In this document: in pieces, positions 1 to 12,746 of the stretch
How positions within the stretch are numbered: the first letter of the stretch is position 1
Layout of the letters: each line of letters opens with the position of its first letter
Source of the DNA: Eledone cirrhosa
Taxonomy: Eukaryota
Assembly (NCBI GenBank): GCA_964016885.1
Contig: OZ024743.1
Location: 19,406,001 to 19,470,000 of the forward strand
DNA length: 64,000 bases
Reading direction: 5' to 3'
Position numbers and translations under genes: made by a program
The notes under the pieces: generated by a model
What the model was told of the DNA's origin: nothing
Databases searched by the model: none
What the model saw: the letters and a program-made list of their open reading frames with translations, nothing else

Positions 1-1605
1 GGGCCCCACGTCCTCTTTAAAAGTGTATTTTAACATTTTGTAAATGTCCATTGGAGCTTTTATCATTTTTAGATTGCTTGTGTGAAATTCGAACCTTCGG
101 TTTTTATTAAGTTGTTATTATAAATAACGTTTAACAGTTTTTTTGTTTATTGTATTTATGTAAGTATATGCATATTTTTCTTTTTATGATGTTTTTTGTG
201 TTGATGTCTGTGTTATATCTTGGGGAAGGGTTGTCTGACGACGAAAGGGGTCGTCTTCCGTATTCGAGGGGAGGGGTTCATTTTTGGCTCGTGTTTGTGG
301 TGTGGGTGATATTGTATTTGTTTTCTGTGTGGGCGGGATGGGTGAGATTGTTTTCAGTTGTGTTTTAACTTGTGGTGTTAGTTGTTTTTGTGGTGATGGT
401 GGTGGTGGATGTTGTGTTGGTAGTGTTGTAGTTGTTGATGTGGGCAAAATCGGTGTTTTTTTGTTTGCTTAGGAACAGGCAACCCTCAGGTGACCTCTGC
501 CACCACAGAGGTAACAACGGGTCGTCTACCCTCCACTGTGAGGTGTAAGTAGGCAAGCCCATCCAGCAATATGCGGTCGGGTATCCTAGCAATTCGTTCT
601 GGCTGCATTTGCACCAGAACTTGCAGGCTAGTTCCACCGAACACGTTGCTGAAAGACTTACCTACCGAAATTACTGCATCCTCTTTCAAGTCGAGGAGGC
701 CACACAGTACCGCCCAGAAATCAATATCTGGATCGATTATGTGTATGGTCAATCTTTGTGTTTTTCTTCCCAAATAAGTGGGGAAGAAGGTAAATAAGGG
801 GGACACAATTGGGGCCAGGGAATGTTTTTCGGTCGTCAATTTATCTTTCATTTGGATGGATAGACTACCGTAGAGTCTATCCTTCCGAATGAATACGTTT
901 TTCAGATGATCTTTTAAAGCCAGTTCAATCTATGTCTGTGTGAGTTGTACTGGCTTTCGGGTTTTGTTTGATATTGTCCTATAAATAATAGTTTTTAAGC
1001 TATTTTCCTTTTTTAGCTTTGGGGGAGAATTTAAAGAAAATAGACCATTCTCCTCCAAAGTTATATACTTCCGTGCATTTTCCATTTGCTGGGCCATGTT
1101 GGAAATGTCAATAGGTTCATACACAATGGGTTTTTTTTATGGTTTGAGCGAACGTCATTTTGTTCGCCACCTCTATGTTTATATTTGTCGAAATGAGGTT
1201 GTTTTCTTTTTTTTTTGTTGTTACAATTATCATTTTTTGTTGTGTTTGTGTTATTTATGTTGGTGTATGCGTTCACATTATTTTTCCGTTGGGGTTAGAC
1301 TCCATTTCTTCAAAAAGTTCACTTATATTTTCAGTATCCGAGAGACTTGTAGTCACTGCTACTACCTCTCTTTCACCTTTGCTGGTGGGTGTGGCACCGT
1401 GAAAAGTCGAAACGGCATCCATTAATGTTGGCAATTTCTCCGAGTCAATTTTTTTCACATATTTTTCATTAAGGTTAGGCTCCATTTTTTCTAAGTTTCT
1501 AATAATCATTTTTCTTTCAGTGGAGAGGGTTGTTGCCTCCGCTACCCGCTCTCTTTCGGTTTGTTTAGTGGGCGTCTCATCGGTACCTGTGGTAATGGCT
1601 TCCAT
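1..1605 (-). pseudogene. ORF1 (gag-like, CCHC knuckle) of copy A, frameshifted
   Basis: Split ORFs 184-447, 486-851, 930-1124, 1273-1704; the central ones align to D ORF1; start approximate. Confidence 0.75.
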
Positions 1606-1812
1606 TACCACTAGCGTAGAGACAATCACAATATTTTTAGGATCAAAAATGTCACCCCAAAAGGGGTGAAATAAATTAACCCTAATGTCCGAAGACCCAG
1701 GCAAGGGGGTTAATTAACACAATAACGCAAGAATACAGGCACACACTTACTGTTAACCTGTAATATATCCAATAATCGACGAGCCGATGTGAAACACGTC
1801 TATACCATCCGG
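1..1812 (-). mobile_element. Tx1/L1-clade LINE copy A (5' part; runs off window start)
   Basis: ORF1 fragments homologous to copy D ORF1 (VLVQMQPERIARIPDRILLD, EGRRP, frameshifted CYLCGGRGHLRVAC knuckle); 5' end abuts (GATA)n at 1813. Confidence 0.85.
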
Positions 1813-1845
1813 AGATAGATAGACAGATATACAGATAGATAGATA
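1813..1845. repeat. degenerate (GATA)n between A 5' end and B 3' end
   Basis: agatagatagacagatatacagatagatagat. Confidence 0.9.
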
Positions 1846-2074
1846 TATTTATTTATTAGCCACAAGGGCGCACAAGAAAAGGGGACCATACAAAGACATG
1901 CTGGGGATTTTACATACAGTCGTGTAAAAAATATAAAAACAAACAATTACAACAATCGAAATCCCCAATAGGGGGAGGCGCCACAAATTTGTTGTTTAAT
2001 ACCCCGTCGATAGAACAACCCTCAACTCCGGGAGCGTGTTGTGCTCCTTTCTTCCTTTTGCTTTCTTCCTCAAC

Positions 2075-5000
2075 CTACAGGCTTATAAACAGAGAAGGCC
2101 CAATCACCCGCGCCATTTTCGCTTCATTCACCCACCTTTCAGTAAATTTACTGGGGTGCAGTGCTCTCTCTCTCTCCACCCTGATTCTCCTTCTAAAGTG
2201 ATACTTAAAGAAGGGAATCAATTGTTGTCCGGAGAGAAAGGCATCTGTCCTCAGTCCTCTCAACCTCGTCCACCATATAACTTCTTTAACCATAGCCACC
2301 GTACAGAGGAAAACCGCCTCTCTTTCGTTTTTGAAAGAGGCTGGCGGTTTGATCTTTACTATGGACTCGGCAGTCAACTGGATTTGTCCCATACGCGACA
2401 GCAGTTGTTCTGCATAGTTCCACAGGTCGGTTACGCCCGGGCTGTGTACAATTGCGTGCAGGACTGTTTCAATGTCCTGCGTGCATCTTGGACACGTCCT
2501 CTTGCAAGGATCCCTGCCGGGGCGTCCGTGCCTGTAGATGTTGTCACGAACCAGTAGAGCTACTCGGTAGCACTGCCAGGCCAGTGACCCCTGGAAGTTG
2601 TCCATAGGTCCCGGGCGGAAAGTCCTACTAAACAGACTGGTGAGCTCATCGTCTTCGACACCCAGAGTCTCACCGAGCACGTCGTCACCCTTGTAACGTA
2701 CAATCCCTCTATAGAATGTCGAAGTGGAGTCTCCACTGATTGCTGCGCCCGCTTGCCAGAGGACTGTGAGCGCCTGAGCGAATTCAATGTGCCAGGCGCC
2801 CATCGTTTTCGGTCTTTTCTTGACCCAGGACTGCAGCTCCGTCAGCGAGACGAGCTGTGGGAAAGCCTGTCTCACAGACGGTGCCCACACCGGTTGGGGG
2901 TCGGTGAGGAATACCTGGAGCTGCCGCAGCCTCAGCGCATGTTTGCGCATCATCAGCCACGGCATACCCAGCCTTCCGTTGGAAGGGTGCTGACAGCAGA
3001 CGGATCTCCTCACCAGCGGAGCCTGCTTCTTCCACATAAACTGGAAGAGCATACGTTCTATCTTGGCGAGGTGTTCACGGGGACAAGGCACGACAGTCAA
3101 GCGGTAGTAGATGACGGACGCTATGAAAGTTTTCGCCACCTCCACTCGACCTTTCAAGGACATTTTGCACTCTGCCCACTTCTGGGTGAGTGCAAACACC
3201 TTGGCCGTGACCTCGTTCCAGTTTTTCTCCACCTGGATGTCTGGACCGAACCAGACCCCGAGCAATTTCACCGGTCCTTCCGTCCAAGCGTCCAACGACG
3301 TTGTCGGACGTCATCGGTTTGCCTCTCCACGTACCGAGTTGCAAACCGACAGACTTGTCCGGGTTTAGTTTTACTCCCGTCAGCGTTTCGTATTCTTTCA
3401 GTAAGGTGCCGATCACCCCGATTTCCGAGGTGCTCGACACCATTACCGTCATGTCGTCGGCATAAGCCAACGCAGCTTTGCGCAGTCCCGCAACAGCTCC
3501 AATTTCCGTAGTAGTGGCTCTGGAGTCAATACATTCAAAATGGAGGAGAGAGGGCACTCCTGTCGAATGGAACGTGTGATTGCGAACGGCTCCGATAGGT
3601 AGCCGTTCACCTTGACTCTCGAGCAGATGCTGGTGTGCATCGCTTCGATCTAGCCTCTGAACACGGGACCGAAACCGGCCGCCTTGAGAATGTCGTCGCT
3701 AGCACCTTGGCCAAAATCTTTAACTCTGTGTTGAGCAGAGTTATGGGGACTGAAGTTATTAATTTCGTCCCCCTTGTTCTCGTCTTTGCTGATCAGCGTT
3801 ACTATGCCCTTGCCTGCAGAACTTGTAATTCTACCGTTCTGCTGCCAATTGCAGTAGACGGCTTCGAGGACACCAGAGAACAAGTCCGGCATGCCTATGT
3901 AAACCTCGTAGGGTAGACCATCTAGACCGGGTGACTTGCGTTTCCCGCAGCGTCCCAGAGCGTCCCGTATTTCAGTGTCCGTGTTCGGTCTTTCGCAGAA
4001 CCTGGCGTCCGTGTTTGAGAGACGCGGCAGGCCGTCGAGGTATTAACTAAAATCCATTTCCTCGTTCGGCTCACCGTCGTTCTGCTCAAACAGTCGCGCA
4101 AAGTGCCGCTGAAACGCCGCGCACATTTGCTTGGGGTCAAGTGAAACGCGTCCGTTTTGGTCTTTCAAAGACCGAATCGTGGGTTTGTTGCCACTTTTTT
4201 CCTCCGCCACTCGGGCCCAGCTGACAGCTTTCGCTCCTTCGTTTCCTAGAGCACGTGATTTGCTTCTGACCACGCAGCCTTCGTGTTTCGCATCGAAGAA
4301 CTGGTCCAGTGCCGTTCTCGACGCTAACACTCTAGCGTTGTCACTTCTAGTGCCTCCTCTATCTTGGCTACTAGTTCTCTTTCTATTCTGTTTTTCTCTA
4401 AGGCTAACTCTCTGCTATACCCTATCGATTCTATCGATAGGGTATAGCAGAGAGTTGTCTACTGATCCGTTCACGATAAGCTTTACGTGCCGGCAACAAC
4501 ACGTTCAGCTTCCAGTATCCGGATCCATGTCTATGTATTCTATCACGGTTGACTAAGCAGACGACTAACTTGTGATCTCAATAGGCAACCATGTGCATTT
4601 GTGGACAGCTTAACATCACCTTGTGCCTTTCTCTAATGAAGAACCTATCTAGATACGATCTAGATGACCCGCTGCGGTTTGCCCACGTCCACTGTGGTGC
4701 AGTCGGAAATCCAGTCGATACCTATCGGCCAGTTGGAATTGGCCGATTAAAGTGTTGAGGCTGTTGCACCCCGCTCTACTGGGACATGCTCCCACATAGT
4801 CCCATCATGCATCTAGGATACCATTCCAGTCCCCCACTAAAAGTAAGGAGCGAGGCGTTCCCAGAAAAGACTCTAGACGCTTAAAGAAGTCTGGCCGCGA
4901 TTGCGATTGCCCGGTCGGGGCATAAACGGCCACCAGTCTGAAGGCTCCACCTCCAATACTGTTCACGTCTAGGACTACCAGTCTACCCTCCGGGTCCAAG

Positions 5001-5257
5001 TGTACTTGCTGTACTTCGACGTCCAGGTTCTTCCGAAACATGACAGCCACTCCACCTCCACCTCCTGGCTGACACAGAGATGCGTAGATCTCAAAGTCGT
5101 CGAATATGGGGGTTAGTTGCTGCCTGTTGTGGATCCTGGACACGGTGATGGCTATCACATCCATACTGTGTGATCTAAGGTCGTTTAAAAGTTGGCCCTG
5201 TTTCCAGGGCATCCCTAGGCCACGCACATTCACGGTCCCAACTCGTAAACTAGCCAT
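2075..5257 (-). pseudogene. ORF2 (APE endonuclease-RT-CCHC) of copy B
   Basis: NVRGL, GDWNGILD (APE); IRQECPLS, AYADD (RT); CPRC..ETVLH (CCHC); frameshifts and a deletion near 3695 removing the LDQSKAFD RT motif. Confidence 0.9.
4406..4456. repeat. perfect 24-bp inverted repeat with 3-nt spacer
   Basis: aactctctgctataccctatcgat-tct-atcgatagggtatagcagagagtt. Confidence 0.95.
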
Positions 5258-5299
5258 GTTGGTGAAGAAAAGTTGGATAAAAAGGACGAAAAGTTGCAC

Positions 5300-7058
5300 T
5301 TACCTTTTCGTTTCCTGGAGATCGGGTTGTTCAATCTCCATTTCAGTTCTGGTGGGGCTGTTGAGTGAGGTGGGGAAACATTTTAATAGGACGCTGTTGA
5401 TGGGTGTCTGGCAGGGGTTGCCCACGTCCTGTGAAAAATTATGTTTTAGGTCACTATAGGTCTCTATAGAAACCCTTATAAGTTTAAGGTTTGGAGACGA
5501 TTCTGCCTTGACGAAAGTTTTGCCCTCCGTCTCCACCTTGGGGTTTTGGGAGATGACTTCCATCAAACTCTCGTTGTTTGTGTTGATGTATGCGTATTGT
5601 TGTTTGTGTTTTTGTTGTGTTGTTTTAGTTTGTTGTTCGTCCGAGAGTTTTCTTTTTATGGTGGGTGCTTGTTTTGGGGGTGGTGTTGGTGTTGGTTTTG
5701 CTGATAGGGGATGTTTGACTGTGGTGTTGTTTGTGTTGTTGTTTGTGTCTGTGGTTCTGTGTTGGTGTTGGTGATTGGAGTTTTTGGGGTTTTGTGGTGT
5801 CTCTTTTTTTGTTTTTTCGATTTCCGCGGCTCTCCCTGTTCTTCACTTAAAGAAGGAGAAGCAGCTTCATCCGTCGATGAATAATCATCGTCAGGTGTGT
5901 GAGGTAGGGGTATGTTGTGTGGTGGTGGTGTTTCGGTGTGTGTGTTTGTGGTAGTGTTTGATGGAGTGGGATGGAGTGGGGCTGTGTTGTTCAGTGGTGT
6001 TGTCTCTGTTTTTTCTGTTGTTGTTGGTTGAGTGTCTGTTTGTCTTGGTGTGGTTGCCCGTTTCGTCTGTCGTTGTACTTGTGGTGGTGGTGGTTGCTTT
6101 GTTGTTGGTGTTGGTAACAGTGTTTTCTTTTGTATTGTTTTGGTTGAGCGTGTTTGTAAAGGACAGGAGGCCTTTAGGTGTATGGTGATATTGCAACGAA
6201 AGCAATGTGGTTGTCGTCCCTCAACTACAATGTTTATGTGGCTGTTGTTGTCAACCATCACTTTTTCTGGTATTTTGGAGATATTTTCCAGGCTCATTTG
6301 CACCAGAATCTCCAAATTTGTACCAGACCAGGTGTGTCTTGTTGACTTTTTGATGGAGGGAATAGTGTCTTTTCTCTCCTTTAAAATTCCTGCCAATCTC
6401 CACCAAATATTAATATTTGGTGGTATGTTTGAAACTCTAATTTGTTGTGTCCTTTTTCCCATGTAGGCAAAAAGGTGTATTTTTGTGACAGTATTGGCGT
6501 CACTGAATATATTTGTGCAAGGGCCTCGCTTTTGAGGAGTACCGAAATACTCCCGTACTGTTTGGCCCCCTGCATAAAGTCAACGTCTGGCAATATCTGT
6601 ATTAAGGTTGCCTCAATTTCCCCTTGACTGAGGAATGCTGGTCTTTTTGTTTCATTTGAAACAGTTCTGAAGGTGATTCTCCTTTGAAATGTTTCCAGAC
6701 GAATTTCTGGGGTGAGTTTATCTGAAATCCCCCGTTTTCACCGAAAGTGATAAACTCCTTTGGTTCAGAGAGCATCTGTGTCGCATTGGAATCCGTGAAA
6801 TCTTGTGTCTTGGTGACTGTTTGCGCAAAAGTTTTTTTGGTGTTGTTGTTGTTGTTGTGGTGGTGGTTGTCGGGTTTTCCGTTTGTAGTTGTGTCAATGG
6901 TTTTATTTTCTGTTGTTTTTTCCGTCTGTTGTACTATGTGTGGTTCGATCTTGTTTTTATTTTTGTTGTTCATATTGGTTTCCATGGTGACGCCAATACA
7001 TGCGGAGGTAGAAGTAACGTTATTATTATTATTTGTGACTGTTTCTGTATAAGTTATT

Positions 7059-7110
<52 letters not shown>

Positions 7111-7308
7111 GGTGGTGGTGGTGGTGGTGGTTGTGGTTGTGGTTGTCGGGCTTTCCGTTTGTAGTTGTGTCAATTATTTTTTTTTGTTTTTTAGTGTGTG
7201 TTGTATACTGTGTGGTTCACTGTGCGATTCAATTTTGTTTGTGTTGTCTACTTCACTTTCATTACACAAAGCTTTGTTGTTAACTACCTCAATACAGGCA
7301 GAATTTTT
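5300..7308 (-). pseudogene. ORF1 of copy B, frameshifted
   Basis: EGRQPHCFRCNITIHLKASCP knuckle; low-complexity T/N/P-rich segments; internal duplication about 6845-6950 vs 7100-7225. Confidence 0.8.
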
Positions 7309-10300
7309 GGGTTTGATCATGACAATGGACTCGGTGGTCAACCGGATTGGTCCCACCCGCGACAATAGTCGTTCTACATAGCCCCACAGGTCAGTGACTC
7401 CCGGGCAGTGTATGAATGCGTGCGCGAGGGTTTCTTCGTCTCGCACGCACATCGGACTGATCTTTTTTGCAGGGTCCGTGCCCCGGCGCCCATGTCTGTA
7501 GAGCTTGTCTCGAACTGGTAGAGCTCCTCGGTAGCACTGCCAGGCCAGGGACTTTTGGAAGTTGTCCATCGGTCCTGGGCGGAAGGTCCTACCGAACAGA
7601 CTGGCCAGTTCATCTTCCTCTATGCCTAGAGTTTCACCGAGCGCGTCGTCGCACTTGCTGCGGATCAACCCTCTATAGAATGACGAAGTGGAGTCTCCAC
7701 TGATCGCCGGGTCCGCCTGTCAGAGGGCTGTGAGCGCCTGAGCACATTCGATGTGCCAGTCGCCCATTTTACTCGGTCTTTGCTTGACCCAGGACTGCAG
7801 CTCGGTCAGCGAGACGAGTCGTGGGAAGGCTCGCCTCACGAACGGGTCCCACACCGGTTGTCCGGTGAGGAATACGTAGAGATGCCGCAGCCTGAGCGCG
7901 TGTTTGCACATCGTCAACCACGGCATCCCCAGCCCTCCGTTAGAAGGGTGTTGGCAGCAGATGGATCTTCTCACCAAAGGAGCCCGCCTCTTCCAAAGGA
8001 ATTGGAAGAGCGCGCGCTCCATTTTGGTGAGCGTTTTGGCTGGACAATGCACGACGGTCAAGCGGTAGTAGATGGCGGACGCTATAAAAGAGTTCGCCAC
8101 CTCCGCTCGACCTTTCAAGGAGAGTTTGCACTCGGCCCACTTCTGGGTGAGTGCAAACACCTTGGCCGTCACTTCGTTCCAGTTCTTCTCCACCTGGAGG
8201 TCCGGACCAAACCAGACCCCGAACAGCTTTACCGGTCCTTCCGTCCAGCGTCCGACGACGCCATCGGGAGGCATCGGTTTGCCTCTCCACGATCCGAGTT
8301 GCGAACCGATGGACTTGTCCCGGTTCAGCTTCGCTCCTGTGAACCTTTCGTATTCCTTCAGTAAGGTGCCGACTTCCTCAATTCGCGAGGCGCTCGACAC
8401 CATTACTGACACGTCGTCGGCGGAGGCCGACGCCGCTTTCCGCAGTCCCGGTTCCAGAGGGACGCCCTTCAATAGCTCCAACTTCCGCAGTAGTGGCTCG
8501 AGAGTCAGTACGTACAGAAGGGAGGAGAGAGGGCATCCCTGTCGAATGGATCGCGTAATATGGAACGGCTACGAGATGTAGCCGTTCACCTTGACCCTTG
8601 AGCAGATGTTGCTGTTGAGCATTGCAGCAATCCAGCCCCTGAACACGGGTCCGAAGCCTGCCGCCTCGAGCACCGCATCCAGGTAACGATGGTCAACCCT
8701 ATCGAAAGCCTTAGACTGATCCAAGTTGATCAGGGCCCCACCGAAGCCGGGTTTACACCCTACCCTCTCTATGATGTATCGCATGAGGTGGAGGTTGTCG
8801 CGTATGGACCTGGTCGGGATTGCGCATGTCTGCGCTTTGCCCGCCAGGTTCTCGACAACAAGCGCCAGCCTCTTTGCCAACACCTTGGCCAAAATCTCTA
8901 ACTCCGTGTTTAGCATAGTTATTGGCCGGAAGTTGCCTATGTCATCCCCCTTATTCTCGTCCTTCCTTATTAGTGTGACCACGCCCCCGGTTACATAACT
9001 GGGAATTCTCCCGTTCTGTTGCCAGTTGCAGTAGACCGCTTCCAGGAGACCGGAGAATAAGTCCGGCATTGATACGTAAAATTCGTAGGGTAGACCGTCG
9101 AGACCTGGAGATTTGAGTTTGCCGCATTGGCTCAGCGCGTCCCCTATCTCAGCGGCTGAAATCTGCTTTTCGCAGAAATCGCCTCGCTCTCCGAGACTCG
9201 CGGTAGGCCGTCGAGGTATGAACCGAAATTCATAGCCACTCCCGGCGCGCCGCCCCTCTCGAACATTTGAGCAAAGTGCCGCTGAAAAGCCGCACACATC
9301 TGCTTCGGCTCACGTATCACGCGTCCGTTTTGGTCATTCGAAGACGGAATCGTGGACTTGTTGCCACTTTTTGCCTCCGTCACTCGGGCCCAGCTAACAG
9401 CAAAATACGTGTTCTGGGAAACGAGGGAGCCAACTCCCTCGTTTCCCAGAGCACGTATTTTGCTTCTGACAACAAAGCCCTCGTGCTTTGCGTCGAAGAA
9501 CTGGTCCAAGGCTGTTCTCGTTGCTAGCACGCTGGCTACATTGCCACTTCTAATTGTCTCTTCTACTTTATCTACCAGTTCCTTCTCGGTTCTATTTCTA
9601 TCTAACGCTAATTCTTTACTAAAAACTATCGAGTTTAATCTAACTGCCCTCTTGAGAGAGTACCACCATCTGTTGTTGACAATGGCCCCTGTCAAGTGCT
9701 GTTTAACTAAAGTGCTAATCCGTCTACTGTAGGCTGTGTTTGTCGGTAACGACAAGTTCAGCTTCCAGTAGCCGGGTCCTTGTCTATGGGTTCTATCAAG
9801 GTTGGCCATGCAGGTCACTAGTTTGTGATCTCAATAGGCAACCATGAACATTTTTGGACAGCTTAACATGTCCCTATCCTTATTTCTAACTAGAACCCTA
9901 TCTAGGTACGATCTAGATGTTCCGCTACGATTACTCCATGTCCACAGTGGCGCAGTCGGAAAATCTAGTCGATATCTATCGGCCAGGTCAAATCGGTCGA
10001 TTAACTGTTTGAGGCTGTTACACCCCCCTTTATCTGGACATTCTCCCACATAGGCCCAACGTGTATCTAGGATTCCATTCCAGTCCCCCACTAAAAGCAA
10101 GGAACGGGACGTTCCCAGAAAAGTCTCTAGACGTTTGAAGAAGTCTGGCCGCGGTGTCCCGGATGGGGCATATGCGGCCACCAGCCTGAAGGCTCCACCT
10201 TCACTACCGTCAACGTCTAGGACCACCAGTCGACCCTCCGGGTCCAGATGTACCGTCTGTGTTACGAGGCCCAGTTGTTTCTGCAGCAAAACGGCATCTC

Positions 10301-10505
10301 CGCCCCCACCCCCCGGTTGACAGAGAGATGCGTAAATCTCAAAGTCATTGAAGATGGGGGCCAACTGTCGCTCGCTGTGGATCCTGGACTCGCAAATGGC
10401 TACCACATCCATACTGTGCGACCTGAGGTCGTTTAAGGGTTTGCCCTGTTTCCAGGGCATCCCCAGGCCGCGTACGTTCACACATCCAACTCTTATATTG
10501 GCCAT
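7309..10505 (-). pseudogene. ORF2 of copy C
   Basis: MANIRVGCVNVRGL, GDWNGILD, SYLDR; KSPGLDGL, NFRPITML, LDQSKAFDRVDH, SADD; stops and frameshifts. Confidence 0.9.
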
Positions 10506-10538
10506 GTTGGTGCTGAAAAGTTAAAAGAGGAAAAGAGA

Positions 10539-12420
10539 TCACTCACCCTTCGTCTCCTGGGGACCAGGCCGCACGGATTTCCATGGGGGTGTTAGAGGGG
10601 TTGTCTGGATGGGTGGTGGTTTCCGGTGGGGTGGGGACGGAGATGTTTGGTGGGGTGGGGTCTGGTGGGATGGGGGATCTGGGGTGGGGAGACAATTGAG
10701 AAGGACGCGGTTGAGTGGTTTCACGCAGGAATTCCCCACATCCTTCTCAAATGTTTCTTTTAGGGACCTATAAGTTTGTATAGGGACCCTAATCAGTTTT
10801 AGGTTCAGTTTTTTGCTATTTTTAATAGAGTGGGCGAAAGTTTTCCCTTCGGTTTTCACCGAAGGGTCGTTCGTGATGGTCTCCATTAGTGTTTTGTTTT
10901 CAGTGTTTATGTAAGTGTAAGTGTAATTTTCTTGTGTTGTGTTTGTTTTTGTCTGTAGTTCTTGTGTGTGCTTTCATTTTGTTGTAGGTATTTTGTTTTC
11001 AGGAGGTGGGGGGTTTTGTTTGTGATGTTTTTGTTGTTTGTGTTGCTGGTTGTATGTTTGTGGTAGTGTTTGCTGTTTTTTTGCTTTTGTGATGTATTTT
11101 CTTTCTTTTCGAGCGATGGGGTTCTCCCTCGTCTTCACTGGGTGATGGCGAGATAGCCCCATCTGTTGTATCGTCTGTGTGATTGGGGAGGGGTATGTCT
11201 TGGGGAGCTGTCCAGGAGTACACGTTATGGGATCATAGCTATTCGCTCTGGGCTCATTTGCACTAGAACTTCAATGCTAGTCCCATTGAATACATCTCTG
11301 GGGTACTTTCCTACTGACAGTATTCTGTCTTCATCAAAATTGATCAAGCCGCACAGTATCAACCATATGTTCAGCTTTGGTGTGACACTCGTGATTTTGA
11401 TCTTTTGTGTCCTTGTTCTCATGTCTCTATCTATCTAAGGCGGGTAAAATTCCCGAGATCCATGGACGAGTTCTCTCCAGCGGTCTCTGTCCCTCATTAT
11501 CGCTGCCATGTCCTGCGTCTCCAACAGTATACACTGAGGATGAAAAAACTCAGAGCTGTATGGGAGTATCCCAAGAGTCAGCTCAAAATTGACACAGAGG
11601 AGACTGAGGTTAGCTGGACATGCTCACCGACATCCAAAGTTTTCCCATGTATGTAGAGAAAAAGGTGTACATGTTCGGTACAATTGGCGACACAGTAATT
11701 TTGGGCCGTCAATTGATCCTTCATGAGTACCGAAATACTCCCAAAAGGTTTGCTTCTTTGAATGAATGCAATATCATTAATTGAATTTTTGAAAGCCAGT
11801 TCAATTTCTCTCTGTGACAATTGGACTGGTTTTCGGGTAGAATTGGAAACTGTCCTAAAAACTATCGTGTTGAGAGCAGTTTCCTTGCGAATTTCTACCG
11901 GAGAATTGATGCTGAAAGCACCATTTTTTTCGAAAGTGACATATCTCCTAGCGTCCTTTAAAAGTTATTCAGCATTTGTTATGTCGAGATATATCAGATC
12001 CTCCTTTTTTTTAACTGTCTCTGCAAAGGAGTATTTTGGTTTCTTTGTGGAATTATCCGTGTTGGTGGTGTTGTCATTATTGTTGTTATTGTTGTTGTTA
12101 TTATTGTTGTCACCGATGTTGATATTATTCGAATTTTCCTTGGTGTTGTTGTTGTCTTTGATGCTGCTGTTATTGGTGTTGTCTTTATTTTTTTCTTTGT
12201 TGTTGTTATCATTGTTGTTTTTATCATCATTATTGGTGTTGCTGTTAGTTTTGTTGTCATCGAACTGTTTGGTGTCATTTGTGTTGTTTGGATATGAATT
12301 TGTTTTTGCATTTTCATTTCGTCTTTCCATCTCTATAGTATCTAGTGAAGAAGACGTTGTTGACTGTGAGCTTTGTAGTCTTACCGCCTCTCCACCACCA
12401 TTATCGTTGGACGCAGCGTT
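10539..12420 (-). pseudogene. ORF1 of copy C; knuckle deleted, RTE fragment inserted
   Basis: Homology to D ORF1; deletion near 11210 removes EGRRP-CCHC; insertion 11425-11641; start approximate. Confidence 0.75.
11425..11641. mobile_element. short RTE-clade insertion with 5' inversion and 9-bp TSD
   Basis: Minus strand reads LLETQDMAAIMRDRDRWRELVHGSREFYPP* + TAGATAGA tail; plus strand 11543-11641 reads KNSELYGSIPRVSSKLTQRRLRLAGHAHRHP; flanks ttctcatgt / ttcccatgt. Confidence 0.8.
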
Positions 12421-12641
12421 GATAACGTAATCAAACTTTTACAATATTTTTTCCAAGATTCGACGGAGGAAAAAATTTTCAAACGGTTATTTCGCTCCTG
12501 TAGGGGCGAAAATGAGTTGACCCACCACTGAGGGTCCAGACGGGGGGTCAAGTTACACAATAATATAAAATTTAACTGAAAACTCACGTTTTTTTTCTTA
12601 CATAAATTAACGGAAACTTCTCCGCCAAGTTACACACGTCT

Positions 12642-12672
12642 GATAGAGAGAGAGATAGATAGATAGATAGAT

Positions 12673-12744
<72 letters not shown>
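12642..12744. repeat. (GATA)n between C 5' end and D 3' end
   Basis: tetranucleotide tract with GA/TA interruptions. Confidence 0.97.

Positions 12745-12746
<2 letters not shown>

Larger units (their letters stand above)
1846..7308 (-). mobile_element. Tx1-clade LINE copy B, degenerate, 5' end lost
   Basis: 3' end CCCTTGTGGCTAATAAA then (TATC)n; disrupted ORF2 and ORF1; fused to copy C at about 7308. Confidence 0.88.
7309..12641 (-). mobile_element. Tx1-clade LINE copy C, 3' end deleted
   Basis: ORF2 homology stops at ESIVMIKP (about 7309); 5' end CAGACGTGTGTAACTTGG next to (GATA)n. Confidence 0.88.

Noticed and set aside
150-7381. Many plus-strand V/L/C/G-rich ORFs that look like membrane proteins
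   Set aside because: They are antisense shadows of low-complexity ORF1 sequence and (GTT)n/(GGT)n runs
10506-10546. Mini-intron between the ORF1-stop donor and a CAG just before the ORF2 ATG (would fuse ORF1-ORF2)
   Set aside because: An AG is present only in C and F, not in B, D, E or G, and the spacing is only about 25-45 nt
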